Origin: the human T2T-CHM13v2.0 reference genome, Homo sapiens
Direction: 5' to 3' (one strand)
Assembly (NCBI RefSeq): GCF_009914755.1
Contig: NC_060942.1
DNA: 64,000 bases
The notes beneath the pieces were generated by a model. It was not told the origin of the DNA and made no database searches. It saw only the letters and a list, made by a program, of their open reading frames with translations. Shown one piece after another: positions 56,937 to 64,000 of the stretch (position 1 is its first letter; each line of letters begins with the position of its first letter). A program made the position numbers and the translations under genes.

Positions 56937-59529
56937 CCTTCAGACATCATATTTCCCACAGTCTGTGCTGTGTATTTTCAGAAATACACACTTTGAAGTG
57001 GTTTTTGAAGGTTCAGATGAAGAAGGGTCAGTGTATGTTTCTCAGAAGACCAGCTCTGCCTCAGGGTAGTGAGGGCCCACATCTGGTACACTGTGAGATC
57101 TTTGCCAGTGTGAAAACATAAGCCTTTGCCTTTCTCATATTTCTCCAGTCTTCATGTGGGAAAAAATTAGATGAAAGTCACCTAGATACATTTAGGCACA
57201 TGGACACATACACACACTCCATACAAATAATAATTCTCACATCAAGGACAAATCTAAATACATTTTGTAAGATGCATTTTTTTCTAATGCAAATAATCCA
57301 TACAGCTTCCCCTACTCATTATGTAGAAAAAGCTTTACATGGTTCTGTAGAAAAGTATCAGATATCATCTCTTCTACTTCAAGACACATCCAGGGCCTAC
57401 TGATTCATAAGAAATGAAGCCTAGTAACTATAATCGTGAAACAATCAGTGATACCTCCTGAAATTTCAGTTTTTCTTTACCTTGAGATAGAAAAATGTCT
57501 TAAGCATGACATGTTTCCTTTCTGAGTGCCATTATTTGCTTAATTACTCCACAATTGTTGACTCTTCATGTTTTCATCTCTCTTGTCTATAAACCTATCA
57601 ACATTTAAGGATTCTTTCACTTGCTTCACAAACAAACAGAAATGTTGGAGTGTATAATAAGCTAAATGGCAAAAACAATGAACAAACTTTCGACAAGCCT
57701 AGATTCTGATCTTTACTATTTTGTTAATGACCTGAGGATCATTGGACAAATCACCTAGACTTTATGTACTTCAGGCTAGCTCTTTTCAAAATTATGGAGA
57801 AAAGCAAAGCAGTCTTTAAAATCCCTTCAAACACTAGTCTATGTCTCCAGAAATATTTGAATCAGTAACTCCTAGCTTTGACCCAGATTATTTCCAAATG
57901 CTTTGAACTATCTTTGATATGTAACAAATTATCAGCCATAAAGGGAATTGTTTTTGATTTTAAGTAGAATGGCATCTGCCAGGGTTATTTAAGACAAATA
58001 GCAATTGTTTAAAGTAAAGGAAGGGGAGATAATTGTGGAAAAGTTGGTTATCAGTGAGTGCCTTACTGACCTCGATCATTACATAGATGACCCTCTGTAG
58101 GCTTTCCACCACTTAACATTCATTATTGAGCTTCTGTTATAAGCTAGGCACCGTCTTAGCACAAGGGATCCAGTAGTAATCAAAACATAAAGGTCTCTAT
58201 GACAGAGATGTTAAATTCAAGGCTTAATCATTACGGAATAGACCAAGAGCTTTGTCAGTGCCAAGCTAGGGAAAGTATAATGCCCTGGTGTGGGGGGAGG
58301 TGTGAGAGTTTAGTCCTTATGTGGAGATTGAGGGAGGACAGGGTGCAGAAAAGAGGAAGAAGATTCTTTCTATTAAAACAAAGTAAAAACTTGTCTAGCC
58401 CAAGCCTGAATAGATTTTATACTGCTTGCCTCGTTTTTGTCAAGAAACCTGGCCTGAGCGATCTCACCTCTTAAAATATCTCTAAGTTACTCAACTTTTT
58501 GACTACATCCTAAAATTCTGACTAATGAACTTTGGCCTCTGTCACTATTTCTTCCTTAAAAGCCTTCTAAGTAGCTCTCAGATTTCAATCTGAGGGAAGT
58601 AATGCTAAAAGCCTTCCAACATGCTAACCTTTCATTTTCAGCAACTATCCTCTCCCTTAGAGCAAAGATTACCTAAGATATGGCACTCATGTTGAAATCC
58701 AGACTGTGAATGTATGCTCCTCCAAAGCAAAGTGTAGGTGTACTATCATTTCTATTCAATATTAAACTGTTTCCAGACCACCATTGCCTTCACCAAAAAA
58801 TGACACAGTAGGAATTATAGGAATAATAGATTAAATTTAAAATAATTTAGATTTGAGAAAGATGAGGAAAGAAATCAATAGTTAAAAAGCACATGAAATG
58901 ACAATCTGATAAAAGTGAAACAGATGCAGATCATAATATCCTAATATCTAGTCAACTACTATTACCACAGATTGGGTAAATTGTGTTACATCTCTGCACT
59001 TTAGTATCTTCATCCATGAAATGAAACAGATCAGAAAATCTCTAGTGTCTAAATATATCTTTCTGGTATGGTTTAAGCAATCTTATTGAAAGCAGATAAT
59101 CCCTTGGCTTTTCCAGAGCCACAATCCTCTAATTCTTACTTTTCCTAGGATGTTTTAATTCTAGAAATAAGAAAGCTAAGATGTGAATTAACCACTTTTT
59201 TTATAGGACAGGAATACTTATATAGTAAATACAGGATTTTTTCAAATACCTGAGCAAGGAAAACATGGTTTAAGCTTTTGAAGCAGAAGTGTCTTGATCG
59301 CAGAGAAAAGGAAAGGGCTGCCAACAAAGATAGTTAAGAATATAATAGACAAATAAGAGTCTTAGATGTTTATTATTCATCTAATACAAAAGTATATATA
59401 GGGAGCTTCTGGTGATTTAAAAATTAATATTTCATACTCTTACCTTCAAGAATAGAATATGGCAGGTTATATGGTATGTCTCTTTTTATTATAAAAGGTG
59501 AAGTCTCTCTCTGTCTCTCTCTGTATCTC

Positions 59530-59925
59530 TCTCTCTCTCACTTTCACTCTCTCATCACCTGTTCTAAGGGATGCCAGCTTGTATGCCAAAACTGAGCTAT
59601 AGTAAGGTCCATGTGATGAGGTGCTGAATTTGTCTCTGGCCAAAGGCCAGTGATGAACTGAAGCCCTCAGTCCAACATCCAGCAAGAAACTGAAGTCTAC
59701 CTACCAACAGCCTCTTGATTGAGCTTAGAACTGAGCTGTTTTCCAGTCAAGCTTTCAGTTGAGATTGCAGCCCAGATGACAACTTGACTGCAACCTCATG
59801 AGAAACTTTCAGTACAAATCATCTATCTAAGCAACTTGCAGATTCCTGACCTACAGAAAATAGTAAGTAAAAGAAAATTATTTTTATGTACTAAGTTTTG
59901 AAGCAATTTGTTACGCAGGATTAAT
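59530..59925 (+). mobile_element. MLT1E/F-like LTR
   Basis: gaactgaagccctcagtccaaca...cttgactgcaacctcatgaga...gattcctgacctacagaaa...aatttgttacgcag. Confidence 0.75.
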
Positions 59926-60304
59926 GCCAAAGTGAACCACAGTCCCTCTCGAAGGTGTCTTCCATTTCTTTGGTATCTCTATTTGCCACAAAGTAAACAT
60001 ACATTTCCAAGTGTGATCTCTAAAGTCCATTTTAACCTATTTCTTTCAAACACAACACAACACAACACAACATTTTAGAAAACACAACATTTCTATACAT
60101 ATTACCTGAGTTGCAGTCTAACTGGAACTAGACTTTTCAATGGAATTATGCTTTTAGAATGCTGAGGCTTGGTATGTAGTTTTTCCTTGGATTAAAATAA
60201 ATAAAGAAAAACAAACAGCCCTTCCCACCAAACTATTCAGCTTTCAAAGCGCATCTCTTTTGCAGTATATCTTCAAGTTTAAATATACTAAGTCTGTCTA
60301 AAAT

Positions 60305-60510
60305 GGAACTGCCTGAAATGGAGTTTGAGTTCTAGCTCTGCTCGTTAAAGTTGTGTGATCTCAGGCATGTAATGTTCTCAATTCTAAAAAATGTGGGTCA
60401 TATTTTGCTACATTAAAGAATATATGGATTAAATCAGACAGTATGTGTGAAAACACTTAACGGTGCTTGATGTGTAGACATTAAGTAACTGTTTCTTATC
60501 ATTATTATTG
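60305..60510 (+). mobile_element. MIR
   Basis: tttgagttctagctctgctc...tgtgtgatctcaggc...gattaaatcagacagtatgtgtgaaaacacttaac. Confidence 0.6.
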
Positions 60511-61449
60511 TTATTCTCTTCCTTATTCATAGAAGATCACTGTGTTTATTTAATTCAGATACAGTCTCTTCTTTTTAAAAATCTGATTGTACTTTTCTTG
60601 TTTTTCTCTAAGGGCACTTATTATATTTATTACAATTCTTTCTACATTCTAATTATTTTATGCAGGGACAGTATATTTTCTCTCTTTCCTGAAGTGCCTT
60701 ACATATAGCACAAAACTATAAGGAACACCATATGTGTTTGTTGAATCAAGTCAAACTTTAAGCTTTAAAATAGTTTTTTAAAGTAATATTGGCTTCTAAA
60801 TTTTTTCCTAATATCTGCAACTCAGATGACTCCAGGTAGATGGATATTTATCATATTCTTAATATCTCCATTGAAAGATTTTCTGTTCCTACTAAGAGTA
60901 ATGAGCATCTTAGGCTTTATAGTTAGATGTGATCTAACTGTAGAGCACACCAAGCCAGTCCTTTAGTTGAGCAAAGTTTCTTCGCCTTTATTTCAAGTCA
61001 AGATATTGAAACTCGCTTTCAATTCTAACTTCTGAAAGTCACACTTTCCTTATATATCATTTGTCTTTTGTTTAGGTTTAATCTGCAGGTAGACAAAGAG
61101 ACTGACTTTTTAGTACTCCAGTCATTATGTACCTTTCTGGTCTGTATAATAAAAAGGCATTTCCTTTTGGGCCAAATAAAATTGACTTTTTAAAATACTT
61201 GATTTGGTTTCTTTCCTTCGATTTTACAACTCGAGAAATCTGACATGTGAATTTAATGATTCACATAAAAGCCTAGTATATTCATACAAAAACTACTTTT
61301 ATGTGTGTTCTGGTTCCTGAGAAGACTGAAAGCGTATGTGCTAGTCTGAGAAACAAAGAGAAAAAAAAAAGACCATTTGAAAGGCAGTAAAGGTTTATTT
61401 TACATCCTAGTTGCATTTATGCCACTAGCTGGGATTACCTTAAAATCTT

Positions 61450-61492
61450 TATATATATATATATGTATACACACACACACACACACACACAC
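61450..61492. repeat. Compound (TA)n(CA)n microsatellite
   Basis: Read directly. Confidence 0.92.
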
Positions 61493-63189
61493 GTATGATA
61501 CACATATATATGATAAAAAGCAAATATACACATATATAATAAAAAGCAAAGTAAAAATGTTTTTGTCCCTAGTGAATTGTGTTGTTTCTTAGCCACATAG
61601 GTGTATTGATAAACTATATTAAAATCATAAATTTTTTGACAGCTAAAAGAGAGCATGGGAATGATCTCATCTAGTCATTCCTAATCTGGGATTTCTAAAG
61701 AGCTATTTTCAAATATTTTTAAAGCCTAATGTAAACTATCCAATGATCTATTATATAAATACACAATAAACTATTTCACAGAATATTCAGATCAAAGGAG
61801 TGAAAATAACAATAGAAGATGTTTGACCTGGTATTTTCTTGCCCTGTTTTTTTTTTTTTTTTTTTAACATAAACAAGGAAAATGAGCCTTAATGGTTTAT
61901 TTTCTCAGGGTAACTCAGAACGCTTGTGTCAGGACTCATAAGCCTTTTGCAGATTTCCATTTAGTATTCTTATCTTACCTTCTGACTACAAATCATTCTG
62001 AGACTGAACTAATTGTCTGTGGTCTCACTGGTAAGAGCCTTATGGCTCTATAAATGGGCCAAATAGTACCCAGGTAAAAGCTTTCAGAGAGGCAGACTCT
62101 TACTTTAGTTGCTGGCTTCATGCTTTCATTTTTGAAAGTCTCTGTGATGGCCACTGCCTTCTGTATTTTGGATCTGACTTCTTTGGATCTCTGTGTTATA
62201 CCTGTGCTTTCTGTGCAATTAGAACCTGTCCAGTTTTGGTCCCACTTATTCACATTAAAGATCATTATGACAATATTATTGTAATAATAACATATTTACT
62301 GAACATCTACTATGTAATAGCTATTTTATTAAGTACATTAGACACATACTTCATTCAAAGCTAATAACAACTCTGTGAGGTTCCAGTAAGATTTATATAA
62401 TTCAAGTATTTGACCATGCTCGCTTAACTTCTGAGTATATCATCCAGGGTTATTATTTAGGCATTATGGTTATAAAGCTGGTGTATTCTCAGTCCAGAAT
62501 GCAAAAAACTTGGATGTCAAAAAATCGGGTCTTTTTTTGCCCAAGTGGGAGCTGCAAGCTAGTCCTGCCTCCTATCTTCCATCTTAGTCTCATTGTCCAT
62601 TTGTGTTTATATAATCAAGATCAAGTTTCTTATAATTAAAAAATAGATAAAAATTATTCTTATCATTTTCTCACTCAGACTTTCCTCCCCTTTTACTAAT
62701 TTAGTGTCCAGTATATGAAGACCTTGTTTAAGCAAAGACTTACGTTTCCACCATGGCTTATCTATTTATCACAGCTTTAGAAAGATGCTCATAGAAGCTG
62801 TCAGGTCAAAAAGGATCCAACAATTTAACAATGTTTATCAACAGTTTACCAATTAATAGCTTACAATAACTTCATGCACATTTCATGAAAGACTATTTGT
62901 ATTTTAACAAAGGTAAAATATTAACTCAAAAGCATGACTCAAAAATAATAAAATTCATGGGGGATAAAATTACAGAAAGTTATATTTCAAGTGGGGGAAA
63001 ATAATTCACAATTAACCCCAAGTCACATGGTATAGGCAGTTTTCTCATTCCTGCTTACAGTCAGATATATATGGGGTATTGTGGAGAGAGGTATATATGA
63101 GGTATTAACAGAGTTTCATCCCATGGTACTATGGGTCTATATTCAGATTATCTGGGCTCTGGAACTTAGGTTTTATTTTTTGTTGTTAA

Positions 63190-64000
<811 letters not shown>

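Overview
This is AT-rich primate (almost certainly human) intergenic or intronic DNA dominated by interspersed repeats. I find no credible host protein-coding exon, RNA gene or CpG-island promoter, and every long ORF is LINE-1 or Alu derived. The main elements are a full-length, TSD-flanked but inactivated L1PA3/4-like element (10137-16399), several older truncated or nested L1s, two 5'-inverted (twin-primed) L1s, seven Alus including a near-consensus AluYc1, a MER61-like solo LTR, a MER53 MITE, and MLT, L2 and MIR relics. I see no demonstrably new biological system. The leads most worth checking are: (1) a 6x17-bp minisatellite inside the ZNF93-bound segment of the L1 5'UTR; (2) an extended open antisense ORF0 that reads out of the L1 into flanking DNA; (3) a probable ~1-kb L1 3' transduction nested in an older L1; (4) a possible LTR-driven minus-strand spliced lncRNA; and (5) several locally templated insertions or duplications. 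Subfamily names come from recalled consensus diagnostics, not from a database search.
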